Source of the DNA: Callorhinchus milii
Lineage: Eukaryota
Reading direction: 5' to 3'
DNA: 64,000 bases
Assembly (NCBI RefSeq): GCF_018977255.1
Contig: NW_024704742.1
Coordinates: 111,106,001 to 111,170,000 of the forward strand
Part shown: in pieces, positions 1 through 13,795 of the stretch
Position numbering within the stretch: position 1 is the stretch's first letter
Layout: each line of letters begins with the position of its first letter
The notes under the pieces: model-generated
What the model was told of the DNA's origin: nothing
The model's database searches: none
Seen by the model: only the letters and a program-made list of their open reading frames with translations
Translations under genes and position numbers: made by a program

Positions 1-153
1 ATAGCAATGTCCCACAAACAGCCAAGAAGTGACTGAATTCATCCGGCAATTCAACACACCATGGCACTGTATTGGAGTGTCAGCTTAGACTATGTGATTG
101 AACCCACAATTTCTGACTCAAGACAAGAGTGCTACCACTGCACAAGGCTGACA
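1..153 (-). mobile_element. tRNA-derived (Deu-type) SINE fragment
   Basis: Reverse complement of head tgtcagccttg..cagtggtagcactcttgtcttgagtcagaa, matching the copy at 6425. Confidence 0.6.
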
Positions 154-389
154 TATTGTAAGGTGATAACTGAAAACACACTGTAAGATGATCACTAAAA
201 ATGTTCCTGAGAATGTTGTACCTTACAAACCCACCCTTCTATGCTGAATGAGTGCCAGAGAGGCTGTGTGCACTGGGACACATTGCTCCAATCTGGTCAT
301 GTCTCCCCATTGGGTCCTTCTGGACAAGAAACTCTGGAGGTCACAAGGACAATGTCCAGTCTCATGATTCTACAAGCTATTTGGCTTAT

Positions 390-412
390 TATATATATAT
401 ATATATATATAT
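390..412. repeat. (TA)n microsatellite
   Basis: tatatatatatatatatatatat. Confidence 0.9.
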
Positions 413-439
413 GCCAAATATTATACAGATGAACACCTG

Positions 440-680
440 GGGAAGAAAGCTGGGAGTGGGTTTGGGGGAGGAGGAGCCTGAGGGAGCTGTCAAAGAGGTA
501 AGTTTTCAGGTGAGGTTTGATAACAGAGAGGGAGGGGACAAGGCAGAGGGATTTCAGAAGAAAGTTCCAAATGATGATAGAAAGCGCCTGTCAACTGTGG
601 GATAGAGTGGGTGACAATATGAAGCAGGCCAGAATCGGCTGTGTGGAGGGAGTGACGTGAAGACTTACACAGCATCTTTC
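440..680 (-). mobile_element. Degenerate L2 LINE 3' fragment
   Basis: Minus-strand 'ADSGLLHI...GAF...' and tggaact motif shared with the other L2 copies. Confidence 0.55.
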
Positions 681-1414
681 ACATAGGATAAAGTTTCAAA
701 GTATTTTACAAAGACAATATGGATCACCAAGTAGGGTTGGAAGAAGAATGTGTTTGAGGAAGTTGACAAAACTCTAGATCAAATAGTTAGGTTTTTAGGA
801 GGGTTCTGAACGCAGGGAGAGAAGGTGACTAGTTGTGCTTTCATATATAGACATGTGGAGAATAATATGGATTTGCTGCCAAGATTGGTAAATTTATCAT
901 GGTAAAACACCCCTTCAAGTCTTCCACTCCATCCCAACAGTTTAACCAAAAGATCAAGAGAGGTATGGGTAAAGAAGACCCTTCAACTCTTTTGAACTCA
1001 TTCTCCCAGATCTGCAGAAATGCAAGTAAGAATAGTTTACACTTGTTTGGATTAGTTAGTGTGCGTTTAGTGAGTGTTTCTACACTGAAGGCTGAAAATA
1101 GTGATTCTTCCAAATTCATTCTAATGGATATCACATTACAATGATTTAGTGAAAAGATTGTCATTTTAAGTGATCATCATAAGCAAAGTGCACATGGATT
1201 GAGATCTATTTTATTCTTCCCTGCTTAGAAGGAACTTGGGAGAGGGGACAGAATGGCTATGATACGAATTAGTGATCATTTACTCTATAACTTGATACAC
1301 CATTCTCATATTTCTATGCTTAACATTTGTGACATCTATGAATGTAAATTACTTGTTGATAGTTTGTAAAGCTCAATCTATATTTTAGCACTAAATCTTT
1401 GTCACAAATAGTAC

Positions 1415-1632
1415 ATTTGGAACTCCCTTCCTTAGTCCCTTTGTCTCGCCCCTTTTCTTCCTATTTTCAGGTCTCGGCTGAAGACCTTTCTTTTCGACCG
1501 CGCCTTTGGTTACCTTCCTTCCCCTCTCCGTGGCTCGGCCCCGGGATCCGTTAGTGTGAAGCTCTCTGAGACGCCGTCCAGCGTGGAGGGCGCTATTTAA
1601 ATCCAAGTTGGTGGTGTTGTTATTGTTGTTAT
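1415..1632 (+). mobile_element. L2 LINE 3' end
   Basis: tggaactcccttcc...ctgaagacctttcttttcgaccgcgcc...gtggagggcgctatttaaatccaagttg followed by a (ttg)n tail. Confidence 0.75.
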
Positions 1633-2234
1633 TTTCCTTCTGAGCTTAATAAACATTCCTATTTCTGTGCACCCACAACAATTGGAAGGAAATAAATAAT
1701 TGAGAACGGACTTCAAATACAAAATCTGCTCTCTGACCACATCAAGAGAAGTCTATGTACCTCTAGAGAACTGTTCAACTCTGATTTAAAATTGCTTTGT
1801 TTTTATCATTTATTTTTGTCCCAATCCCTTTTAGATACCTGGCTTGGTGCAATCTGTTAGTTTATTTCTTTTTATTGTGCCACGCTATTTCCCTATATTG
1901 AAGATGTGTGATACTCACTCCACTTACAGAGTTGTGCAAGAAAATTAACATGGGTGGTGGAAATGAACTGAAAATGACAGTAGTCCTTTAAGTGACAAGA
2001 TATTAACAGAGAAAGTAAAACATTTATGAACTGTGAAAAATTGAAGAATATATATTCTTCATGCATACACATATGTATTTATGTGTGGGGAGCGGTATGG
2101 AACAATTTGTGTTTTTATATTATCTTATTGCATCAAAAAGTGTTTAACCAATAATTACTGTCTAGTGAAGTGACTGCTTTTGAAGGCTAACTCAGGGGTC
2201 ATTTGAAGGAATGTTTTCCAGGACATGGGATGAA

Positions 2235-2550
2235 ACAATAACAACAAAATTACATTTGTGAAGCGCCTTTCATGTCGGGAGGACGTCCCAAGGCGCTGGA
2301 CAGACAAGAGTTGCGGACCCGAGCTGGAGGTCAGGGTCGGGGAGGTTGGAAGGCAGTAGGGGGAAGCAGGGAGATCGCAAGCACGGTCGAAGAGGAGAGT
2401 CTTGAGATGGGTCTTGAAGGTGGCAAGGGAAGGGGCGAGGCAGAGAGATTGCGGGATGGAGTTCCAGAGGGTGGGGGCAGAGTGGCAGAAGGCCCGCCCG
2501 CCAATAGTGGGGCGAGCGAGGCAGGGGATGTGAAGCAGGCCGGAGCCTGC
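2235..2550 (-). mobile_element. L2 LINE 3' end (fairly young)
   Basis: ORF2 C-terminus TIGGRAFCHSAPTLWNSIPQSL...FKTHLKTLLF plus the L2 3' stem-loop and (ttg)n tail. Confidence 0.85.
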
Positions 2551-2649
2551 TGAGAAACTCTCTTTTCTTTTCAAACAATTAAGGATTAATCTCAAAACAG
2601 GCAAATGGGAATTGATTTGAAAACAGGACATGAATTAATGTCTATTCCA

Positions 2650-2790
2650 AAAGACGGCAACTCTGGCAATTCAGCTCTCCACCAGTACTGCATTGAATGG
2701 CCAATGTAAACTATGAGCCTCTGACATGAGGGTTGCACCCACCTCCCTCAGATCCAGAGGTGACAGTGCTACCAACTGAGCCAAGGTGTT
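2650..2790 (-). mobile_element. Deu-type SINE head fragment
   Basis: ccaaaagacggcaactc...agtgctaccaactgagccaagg is the reverse complement of the SINE head and Deu-domain start. Confidence 0.55.
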
Positions 2791-3189
2791 GGTCTTTTAT
2801 CTAATCATTTCTTTGACTTTCAGTTACATCAAAGATGCATTTTACTCTTAACATGTCACCATGCACTGAAAACTATTGCTAGCTTCTGGTGCAAGAGAAA
2901 GCATTAGGGTCAATTTACAGTATTCACAAAGGCTTTGTAAATATTCAATCCTGATGATTAAAAGACATTGTCCAAATGATACCACCTAACAGAAACTGCT
3001 CCCATGTGCCTGAATAGAATGTATTGGTGGAAAGTTTCCTCAGATCAGTGTGATGTTGATTTATATCTGATAACTGCTAGAATTCAATATTTTTGTTCTA
3101 ATGCCAATACTACAATTTTAATCCTATTACAATTACTGATTATATTTAGCAAAACAAAATGCTCAATAACTTAAATCAGTATCTTCACA

Positions 3190-3988
3190 TTGTCCTTTTC
3201 ACCATCTATAATCTCTCACTTAGTGATGTCATCCATAGACATGGAGTCCATTTCCACATGTATGCAGACAGCATCCAACTCTATCTCTCAGCCCCCAGCC
3301 TGAATTCTTTGGATCAATGACATGCTGATTGATTGCCTGTCAGACACTGTCCTAGATAAGCTTCAACTTATTTCACTTGAATATCAAGAAGACCGAGGTT
3401 CTCCTGCTTAGATCCCATCAGTGCCTTCTCACCTCAAACCATGACCGTATTGACCTGTAAAGATGCTCCAACTACTGGAGCAAATGCAGAACCTGGGTGT
3501 CTTGTTTGACCTCCACCTTCCCTTCACGCCCTCTGTTGCCTTTGTTCTCTCCTTCACCAGCTCAACATCTCCATCCTCAGTTAACAACACTGACCCACGT
3601 CCCCCAGTATATTAAATTGAGGAGCCTTCTCTTCACATTCAAATTCCTTCGTAGCCTTGCCATACCATACCTCAAGAACATCCTGAAACTGTGCAGACCA
3701 ACCATCCTCTCTGTTCAGCTAACATTGGCATGTTTTGTTTCCCCTTCTCAATCCACCGCACCATCAGTGAGCAAGCTTTCAGCCATTCTGCCCTTGCTCT
3801 CTGGGACTCCCTCCATGATCAACACACCTTCTTCCTCCTCCTCACCTTAAGACCAATAATTTTAACCATACTTTCAAGTTACTTTTCCTCTCTCCCACTC
3901 TCCACCAACCCAGGCTCTCAGTTAGCTCTGTAAAGCACTTGACATCATCCCAACGTAAAAGGCTCTATATAAATTTAAGTTGTTGTTG
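3190..3988 (+). mobile_element. Degenerate L2 LINE (reverse transcriptase [RT] C-half to tail)
   Basis: ttccacatgtatgcagacagc (FHMYAD), AFSHSALALWDSL, and tail taaaaggctctatataaatttaagttgttgttg. Confidence 0.8.
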
Positions 3989-5347
3989 AAATGGGAAACA
4001 TATATAAAACTGCTGCATCCAAACATAGAAAGGGAGTATAACAACTCCCAAGAGCCTCAGCAACAGTTTACTACTCAATGCAGTATGTTAGTATGAAGAA
4101 TATATTCTTTTGTTTGGCAACGTATTAAATGGATATTGCCCCATGGAAAAATATCTAACCGATCCCCTTTTTAGTGGTGTTTAATCATATGGGATAAAAA
4201 TAACTACAAGCATACTTTAAAAATTAGCAACAAGCCCCACAGAAATGGATTGCAGATGATATAATTCTCTAATGAGCCACAAATTTCCAAACAGTCTAAA
4301 TGAACAGAGCAGACTTTCAGGCTGAATGGAAGATTTTTTTAAATCTTAATTTGTTTCCATTTTATTAATCTTCTAAGTGCTTTTAGTGCCTGTGATTGTT
4401 AAATGCAGTATGTTGCCTGGAATAAAATGTATAACCACTGCATATAGCATTGTAAGAGAGACCCGTACAAAAATATAACCATTTGATTGAACTGAGTACA
4501 GTACATCCTTATTAGCTGTTGTTTACAACACTGAATTTTGGGATGGAGAATGCGCAAGCTTGTGATGTTTATCTATATCTCGACCCCCCCCCCACCCCCC
4601 TCCCCTCGTTGCTGGTACCGGTCTGAACTGGATAGCTCTAGCTTGAGCACAGCCTTTCATTCAGGAATCCTATCTGTATTAGCTCTTGTTCACGGTTAGC
4701 ACTGAGCAACATAAGCTACTGCAGAACAGCTTTTATATCTCTCCACAGAAGCACTAAACTATTTCTGAAATATTCAATTTGTTCATTATTTTATAATCTA
4801 CAAAATGCATGAGTTTTTATGGTAATACACTAGCAACTGATAGAGTGGGGGGAACCACAGAATGAATATTACAGTAATGGCAATGAAAGCTATAACTTCA
4901 AATCTTTAAAGAGCATGAAGTCTTCATAAAAAGTATTTGGCAGTGTTTTTGTTTGTTTGCCACACACTCAGATGCGAGGATACAATTTGCATCAAATGTG
5001 TCAATCCATTGCAAAATCATTTTTACATTGTTTGTGAGACATGTTATGACTAAAATGCTCCACAGATGTTTGGCATAAAAATGGTACCTCTTAAAAAAAA
5101 CAATCCCTAAAACTCCATGACAAACAGGCAGCTCTGAAAGATTTGCTTTTGTTTGGGGTGAGTAAATGTAATAATTTTTAATCCTTGCTTTTGATATGGT
5201 GCCTATAACTTCAAACCTTCTCAAAGTGCTAATTACTGTCAAATGTAGTGACTGCGTAGGTAGGTGACACAGCCAAGTGATGCACAGCAATATCACACAA
5301 ACAGGCAAGTGAACAATCAATTCACCATTCAATAAGCAGTTTTAAGC

Positions 5348-5415
5348 ATAAGAACATAAGAATTAGGAGCAGGAGTAGGCCATTCGGCCCCTCGAGATTG
5401 CCCCGCCATTTGATA
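5348..5415 (-). mobile_element. CR1 LINE 3' terminus
   Basis: ataagaacataagaattaggagcaggagtaggccattcggcccctcgag; same sequence as at 42075. Confidence 0.7.
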
Positions 5416-5464
5416 ATTTCCAACGTGAAGTGCGCTATACAAGTGTCATTTGTTGTTCTTGTTT

Positions 5465-5722
5465 GGATATGATGTTAAAAATGAGATCCCATCTGCCTGT
5501 TCAGGTGGACATGAAATATCCATTGCACTACTCAAAAAGAGAAGGCAGTTTCTTCTGGCGTCCTGGTTTACAATCACCAGATAAAATTAGTCATTGACTC
5601 CATTGGCTGCCGCATTTGCCCACAAAATACACAGCCACTACACTTTACAGAATATCCTGTGATGCACTAGGAGACGACTTCCTAAAGTGAGTCACTATAT
5701 CAAATACAAGTATTATTATTAT
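5465..5722 (+). mobile_element. Deu-domain SINE, 3' half with L2-like tail
   Basis: ggatatgatgttaaaaatgag..tcaggtggacatgaaatatccattgcactact..ggcgtcctgg, ending atcaaatacaagtattattatt. Confidence 0.65.
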
Positions 5723-6424
5723 CCAAGATTAATATAAATTGTGTTGATTCTACTAAATAATACACATCAGTATACATTTACAGAATACCATTTTTTACCT
5801 ATTACTTGAAAATAAAGAGATATACATATGGAAAACTATAGAAATATTTTAGCACTCGAAGAGTTAATGGATGACTGCATCTCACTTGTATTAAGTTGGA
5901 GAAACTCTGTGTAGATACTGCCTCCCACTGGGCATCCAGGCAGCCTGAAGATTTTTTTCTAAAAAAACTTTCAAGAATGGAAGAGGCTTACCACTTCTAT
6001 TGAATATTTTTTCATAATATTTTGATAATCTGAAATTACTTTTTTCTAAAGAAAGGAATTACACTTACTCCAGATTTAACTTAAATGATCATTTATTGAA
6101 AGCTGCGAGAGTGCCAAATCCTAGGATGGTAGTAGGAAAAAGGGATACCTAGGTATAAAGTTCTGTAGGAACCAATTGATGGTAACGAGCGCAACTATAC
6201 TATGTGAATTTGTCTCTATAGTTTCCTCTCCTTCCCTTTCTGTCTCTACCCTATTATCTCTATTCTTATCTCAAGTCCCTGTGGGCTTGTTCAATGTGTG
6301 TGTGTTACTCAGTTATTGTGTGCATCACCCTATCTGTCTCTTTCGCTCTCTCGTTTGATGAGTCTTTTTCTCCCTTTGGCTTTTTAATAGTGGATGCCAC
6401 ACTCACTTGCTTTAATCCATCTTA

Positions 6425-6613
6425 GTGTTAGCCTGGCTCAGTCGGTAGCACACTCGACTCAGAGTCAGAAGGTTCTGAGTTCAAGCCCCACATGGGGACT
6501 TGGCATTCAACAGTAAAGGCTGACAATCCAATGCCGTTCTGGAAGTGTGCTGCGTTGTTGGAGGTGATATCCCTAGGATGAGATGTTAAACTGAGGTCCT
6601 GTCTACTTGTTCA
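6425..6613 (+). mobile_element. tRNA-headed Deu-domain SINE (SacSINE1-like), 5' half
   Basis: A-box tggctcagtcgg, B-box gagttcaagcc, then ttggaggtg..ggatgagatgttaaactgaggtcctgtct (Deu-domain-like). Confidence 0.7.
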
Positions 6614-6624
6614 AAATCGAGAAG

Positions 6625-7905
6625 GACAGCTATGGATCAAACACCACACTTAGGTTGTGCCCAGGTTTAGTGAATCTGCGGGATAGGCCAGGGAGGTTAA
6701 GGAGATCGTAGTCACAGATGAAAAGACGTTGATGGGAGCCAAGGAAGACTCAACCTATGCGTGGGGTTCGATCCGTAGCTGTCCTCGATTTTGAACAGGT
6801 AGACGGGACCTCATTTTAACATCTGATCCAAAAGACAGCACCTTCAACAACGTAGCACACATGTCAAAATTCAGCTGCAGAAAGTTGGCACTCATCCGGG
6901 CCTTGATGTCTGACAAGCGAGCGGGTAAAACATCAGTGGACCTGGCATCGCAGCTAGAGCTAAATTTGGGTGTCGTACGCACACATGTGGAAGTTGATCC
7001 CACGCCGGTGCATAACATCACTGAGAGGGAGTATGTAAATAAGAAAAAGGAGCAGGCAAAGGATAGAGCTTGGGCAGGCAGGAGCAGAAAGCATTAGTGG
7101 AGACAAAGTGATCGCAGTGGGTCAAGTATTACTCAAACCAGGAGAATGTGGTCCCACTGATGATGATGAAGGAAGAGCAGTGGTCAAGGAGGGTGGCATG
7201 ACAAACTGTGTCGAAGGCTGGCGGAAAAGTCCAGGAGGACAAGGAGGCAGAGGGAGCCCTGAACACGGAGAGAAAAAAGACATTATTTGTAACTTTGACA
7301 AGCACTGTTTCGATGCTGTGGGCAGGGTGGAAAGCGGAGTGGAGGGGCTCGAGTAGGGAGTAGAGGGGAGACATGAGCAATGTTCCAGGACTTTAGAGAT
7401 GAAGGAGTGGTTTGAGATGGTCCGGTAGTTCACAAATTTGAAGGATCAAGGGTGTATTTTTTTGAGAAGGGGAGTGATGACAGTAGTTTATAGGCAGAGA
7501 GGGACAGTGTCAGAGGAGAGAGATAGGTGGTGAAATGGAGGAAAAAGAGTGTAGACTCGGGGCAGTGGTGGGAACAGAAGTGGAAAATGTGAGGATGTAG
7601 AAGACATGCGGAGAAGGCTAGGTCACAGGGGAGAGCAAAAGTATGAAACCAAGTGGATGTTGTCAATTTTGGATATGAAAAAGTCCATGATCTCTTTGCA
7701 CTTGGCATCTGAAGTCAGGATTGAGGGTGCTTGAGGGAGTGCATTATTTTTGGCCTCCAGGATTGCCTGGGAGTAGAATGCGGTTTGGGCTTGTACGCGG
7801 GAGAGGCAGTAGGTTTGAAGGTACTCGAGCCACATCTGGCAGTGAATTATAGGGCTTGTTTTGTGCTATCGGTGCTCGAGCACGTGGGATTGTGATTTAA
7901 GGGAG
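6625..7905 (-). mobile_element. Degenerate L2 LINE ORF2 (RT) fragment
   Basis: NYRTISNHSFISKVLE, EPLHSAFHPAHSIETVLVKVTN and AFDTV motifs, with frameshifts. Confidence 0.85.
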
Positions 7906-8747
7906 CAGTGCAGTCTCTACTTCCAGTGTGTTGCACATGCGCCATGCAGGAGATGTAGAGAACACTCGTGGATCATTTCTGTCAGCCTGAGTAGATTGTT
8001 TGAGTTTGTGAAATATTAGCATGTGTTTATTAAGCAGGATGTTGTATTTATTATGTTTAATTTGTTTCTACTGTTTAAATGTAATATTTAAAGTCTTAAG
8101 ATTGGAAATGTAACAACAATCTGCAGAATGAAAATTTGGAGAGGCTGGCTGTTCTTAAGATTGATGCAGCCATCAGAATGATATAGTTTTTTCAATATTG
8201 CAATGGTTTAAAAGCTGGCACTGTACAATTCTTCACTTGTAACCTGGTAACCTAAAAGTCAGACAATGTTTTGTGGGTTAAGTGCTGGACAGGGTTTGGC
8301 TGTGAATCAGTTGGCATTAGATTTTTTAAAGTATATTTTGGTCTTTACACCCCAATTCCACTATAAAAAAACCCTGCGTTTTAGGAGGGTTCTAGTTATA
8401 ACAGGGTTGTCTTCTATTCAGATGTGGTCTCTCCAAAAACAAGGTCTATGAGTTCGGCCTCTCCCTCTTCCACGCCCCCCACCCTCCTCTCAACCCCAGG
8501 CAACACAGAAACAATTGTGCACAATGCGAGTACTTTTTCATCTCAGTCTAAACATACGCTGTTTCCTCCACTACCATTCCCATACATATAGCTATTTTTG
8601 AGCAGTGCAGAATCAACTGCTTTAATTGGGAATTTGTTCCTTACATTCTCTACTCTCTGAGGGGGATGGGATCTTCTAACCTGTTTGTATTCAGACTTTT
8701 AATTTTAAACTGGTGCCCTCTAGTACTGCAAGTTTTTGTTGTTGTAT

Positions 8748-9018
8748 TGGCGGGCGGGCTTTCCGCCACTCTGCCCCCACCCTCTGGAACTCTATCCCGC
8801 AGTCCCTCCGTCTCGCCCCGTCCCTCGCCACCTTCAAGACCCATCTCAAGACCCTCCTCTTCGACCATGCTTTCCATCTCCCTGCTTCCCTCCCTGCCCT
8901 CCACCCTTCTCCACCCCAAACCCCAGCTCAGGTCCGTAACTCTGTCTGTCCAGTGCCTTGGGACGTCCTGCTGATGTGAAAACTGCTATACAAATGTAAT
9001 GATGTTGTTGTCGTTATT
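8748..9018 (+). mobile_element. L2 LINE 3' end (preceded by a short minus-strand CR1 fragment at ~8650-8730)
   Basis: IGGRAFRHSAPTLWNSIPQSLRLAPSLATFKTHLKTLLF plus L2 tail. Confidence 0.85.
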
Positions 9019-12000
9019 TAGAAATGCAACTCCTGCAACGTGTTAACCATTCTTTGTTATTGTTGTTAAAAGAGCATAAGGATCACTGAAACCAAATACC
9101 TGTGCTCATCAGATTTTTTAATTCCCATCAAGATTTCCCAAATTATTCAGTAACAAAAGGATAAAATTGTAGTCAGAGGAATAGGAGCCAAAGTCTACAA
9201 TGCCCGTTACTATAAAGATATTATTTGACAACAGACGCAAATGAAACCGATTTGTCCCCAATGACCTCCCAAATACACAGTTAAAATATTATTTGTACAA
9301 TTCTTCTCTGTCCTTGGATTGTGAGCATTCTCTCAGTCAAGTTGTAATTTTTACCTTTGACTTCTCTCGAGGCTTAAAAGTGAATAGATCTGCATTTTGT
9401 TTTAACTTTCTCTCCTAAACAACAGTAAAACTCAAACCACAATATTGGCGTTTGGTTTCTGTTGTTTACAGAAAAAACTCTTCCCTGTGCATCCATTTGC
9501 TATTTGCATCCATTTTAAGAGGAGCTCTTAAAACCTCAGCAAACTCTGACAGGATGTAACATCCTGGATACTGAGGTTTTTTTTTGTGTGCCATGAACTG
9601 TTCAACTGAATATACAACTTCCTCAGAAGATTGGGCCACAATAAATAGGCGTTCCTCAGGGCATCTGTGCCTGTACACAGTCTATTTTCTTTACTAAGAG
9701 TTGTTGATATCTGAAGTGATGTTTTCTCTAATGATGACGACGTTCCACAGAGTGGTTAACTCTTCTAGCTCGAAGATACATAGCAGGTAAATCCTTGGAG
9801 GCAGATATGCATATAACTGGACACTGGAAGTGCATTTCATTACATGTGCGCTTAAAACCAAGAAGGATTACCCACCCAGCTTTGCTCTATAAGGATTTAA
9901 ACACACCTCCCCTTCCCTGTCTCTGTTGCTTGGTATCCAACCCCACCACTGTGCACTCCTCCGAGTTGCTATCCTACATGAAAGGCACTATATAATTGCA
10001 AGTTAATTTTGTTATTGCCCAGTATAAACTGGATTGGATGTGAATTGCTTTGAGATAAAGATAAAGTTCAGAGACTTTCTCCAACTATCAAGGGTAGCCA
10101 AACTCTGGGACAATCTCTTGGGAATATAGCAATTTTAAGAACCGGAGAAAGCCACTTGGTCTGCATCGCAGTGTTTTCATTTCACAGAAGACTGACTGTT
10201 GGATGATATCAGTTAATAAATTAATCAACAACTTCTGCCAAACAATTGTTTATTTGTCCATCCTTTGACTATCACATCTTGTTCTTAAAAAGACATTCAG
10301 TAATATTCAGTATTGCTTAAAGCTTTCTGTAATTACAGCCTAAATGAAATAATCTACTGATATACACATTAATCATGCCCCAGTGTTTTGAAACCTGGGC
10401 CATGTGGTCTTTTCATCTTGTCATGAATGAAAGAAAATCTGTTCACTTCCACCAGATCAGCTTTGGAATTCATAGTGCTGTTATACTGCACGTTTCACTC
10501 TCCTGTAAAATGGACTTTGCTTCAGGGCCACTCAGGAATCCCAGAATAACTGCAGCTGAACTAACATCAGTTCAGCGTTGGTCTTGGATATGAGATCAGC
10601 TCAAGTAGTTTGTCCCAGCTTCACACGTAGCTGCAGAATAACTACAATCATTGCAACTGGAGCTCAACCGTACACTATGTTTAATATAATTCTAAGACCA
10701 GAAAATAACAAACCAATAACAGTTGGATCTCCTCTAATGTGAAAGCAATTCACTGATTTTTTTGCATCCATTAACATGTGTTCGTGAAGAGCTCAGCTTT
10801 TCCTCAATGTGAGAGTAATGGAAGCAGTGAAGTGTAACTAAATGTTTTGCTGTCACAGTTCTCTCAAAATAATACTGGCCTAATACCAGCAGCCACGTTG
10901 CAACTTGATCATTAGAGCTCTAAAACCCAACATTGTTATGTGTCGATTTTAAACAAGATTCCTTAATAAGGAACCCAATTCGCTGACTCCTGGCAAAATA
11001 TGTCATACAGACTCAAGAGAACTGTGGTCCAAAAGTGGATTGAATGGGAGAGAGTTCCTGCCTGTTGGTATTACATACATTCAGCATTCCTTATTAAAAC
11101 ACGCCTTTGGAAATCACCACATATTGGTGCTCATTACCTTTTTTACTTTTTTCTTATCCTTCTGAATGGCTGATAGCCCAAATAGAACATATAAATGGGT
11201 CTTCACCACAACGTATAGAGGGATCAAATAATATGTTCTTATTAGAGGATTCAAATAGTCAGACTTATAATCAGATGCCATTAATATAATTGACCTCAGA
11301 TAGATGTGGAGGTGAATGGATCATACCCAAATCTTAATTTTCCATATTTGCGAATGAACCCTTCATTCTTAATCTATATATCATGTTTCCTGTGGCTGTT
11401 TGCATTTCTTTACATGGATCCACATTAAAACCTATTCATTTTGCATATCTGGAACCCACTAAATGCTACTTATTTTTCATTTTATTAAGTCCATGAATTG
11501 CAACTTTCTTTAAATATCATATATACAGAAATTTATTACAAACAGCACTTTAAAGCACATGTAAATTATATTCACTGGGATAATCCTTTTCAACTAATTT
11601 AGCTTCTTCCTCAAAAAATTCCAATAGATTTGTGAAGCATGACCTATTGCTTCCAGAATCACTGACTGCTCTTTATTATCACTGGCTATAGCTTGTGAAC
11701 TCTTCTGGTGAACTTTGTTACCATCTCATAAAATGCTCTCAAGCGTACATGTATTAAATTGACTAGTCTTGAGGCCCAAATTCATGTCTCATTCTATCCA
11801 TGAATATTGGGATAGCATTTTCTATCCTTTGGACCTCAGCTACAGCCTTATTCAAGATCAAGCTTCTAAAATATCTTAATCAGAGCCTTGTCAATTTCCT
11901 CATTCATTTCCTTGAGCATTTTTGAATCAACTTATATGGCCAGGTGCCCGACAGACATTTATTTTTCTTTTCAGCATATGCTTTACTAATGTGACCATAA

Positions 12001-12479
12001 CAGGGTTTTGAACCATAGGACATAAAGCAAAAGTCACAAGGGACAGCCCACTTAATTCTGATCTGTTACACTGCTACTGCTTGCATGGCATTGGAGTTGG
12101 TTTCAAGTCAACAACATTGCTTTTCACAAGAACTGTGAACCCAAAAGAACAAAATTTCATCCCACTTAGGATTGTAGACTGAAGTTAAAACGTCTACACA
12201 AACACATTTAATTTTGAACTGTTTGAAATGGAAGTAGAGAGAAAACAAACACTTGCTCATATATTAACTAAATAAATGCAGTCATAATGCCCTAAAATAG
12301 TGCTAGGTTATTTTCGATTAGCCTGAAGTTATTTTAACCTGTTAAAAAAATGTTGGTCAGCTGGGTGTCTGTCCACACTGTGTTTGCTATAATCACCAAT
12401 CTAATCAGTACTACAATCCAGAAGTCCAGCTCATCCACAATTTGTCCACTTGCATCCTTATACAAACTAAAATTTGCTT

Positions 12480-12872
12480 GCTCATCACCATCCTCCTTGC
12501 CAAGCTCCACTGGCTACGTGTGTCCCAGCAGATCAATTTAAAGATCCTCACATTCACCAACTAATCCCTACATGTCAATGACCATCCTACCTCTGTGACT
12601 GTCTCCAGCCTCACCCTCTTGTCCACCCCCACCGCTTAGCAAATTTGTCCCTGTTGTAACCCCTTACCTACAGCCACTCTAACCCTACCCCTTGGAACAA
12701 CCTTGCTATGTGCTTCTACCTCACCCCATCTCTAACTGTCTTTAAAAGTCTCTTGAAAACCCACCTTTTTAATCATAACTGTAGTCACCTCCTTGTTTGG
12801 TGTCCAGCACTATCTCTGTGAAGCGCTTTAAGATGTTACCAGTGAAAGGTTCTACATAAATGCAAATTGGTG
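12480..12872 (+). mobile_element. Old L2 3' fragment
   Basis: aagctccactggct..atttaaagatcctc..cttgaaaacccacctttt..tgtgaagcgc..gtgaaaggttctacataaatgcaa. Confidence 0.65.
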
Positions 12873-13419
12873 TCACTATTAAAAAATAAGAGCAAACAAT
12901 AGGCCAACGGGCACACAAACATGTCCCTATCATTTTATTAGATCAAGGCAGATCTGTTAATCCCATTCACTCCCTTTGTTCCACATGTCATTATACCATT
13001 TTTTCCGAAATGGCTATGTATCTCCTTTTCAAGTATCATAATATCTACAGCCTTCTGGGGTAGTGAATTCCACATTCTTACACCTCTCTAAGGTGTGAAG
13101 AAGTTTCTTATTTCATTTGGCTTAGCTCTAATTGTAGGACTATTTCACCTTGTTTTGGATCCTTTGTCAAATTCCCTTCATTATTTTAATAGTTCAATCA
13201 GATCACCCCCTGAACTCCTCAACTCTGGATAATATAAGTTTTCCGCCTTATCATTATTGTGACAGCGAGGCTATTTTGTACAATACTGTACATGTAGAAC
13301 TAAATATAGTTGAAAAAATAATTGTTGAAGATGTGAATTAATTTGATGGCTTAAGATACTATTAGCAGTAAATGTACAGAATGTAATCACAATCCTTTTA
13401 TTTGATACAGTGCCTTACA

Positions 13420-13795
13420 CATCAGGAGGATGTCCTGCTTCACATGATTTACTGTAAAGGGTTGTAAATGTGTATTTTGTAGGCAACTGCGGCAGCTAAT
13501 TTGTACACAGCAATGTATCAACCACAAAGTGAATACCAATTTTAGCTGGGAGATTGTTTGCTAAGACACCAGGAGACACTTCCTTCTCTGTTCCAAAAGT
13601 GTCATGATATCTTTAACGTCCACCCAAACAAGCAACCCCAGGATCTCAGTTTAGAAGTTCAACAATGCAGCACTGCATCACTGCATTCGAATGTTAGCCT
13701 AACTGATATGAGTTCAAACTCCAGATATTTGTTTCAACCCACAACTTTCTGACTCGGGAGGCAAGAGTGCTACCAACTGAGCCAGGGTGACATAT
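13420..13795 (-). mobile_element. Deu-type tRNA SINE with L2-like tail
   Basis: Head agtgctaccaactgagccagggtgaca at ~13770-13792; ccaggagacact..tttaacgtccac in the body. Confidence 0.6.
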
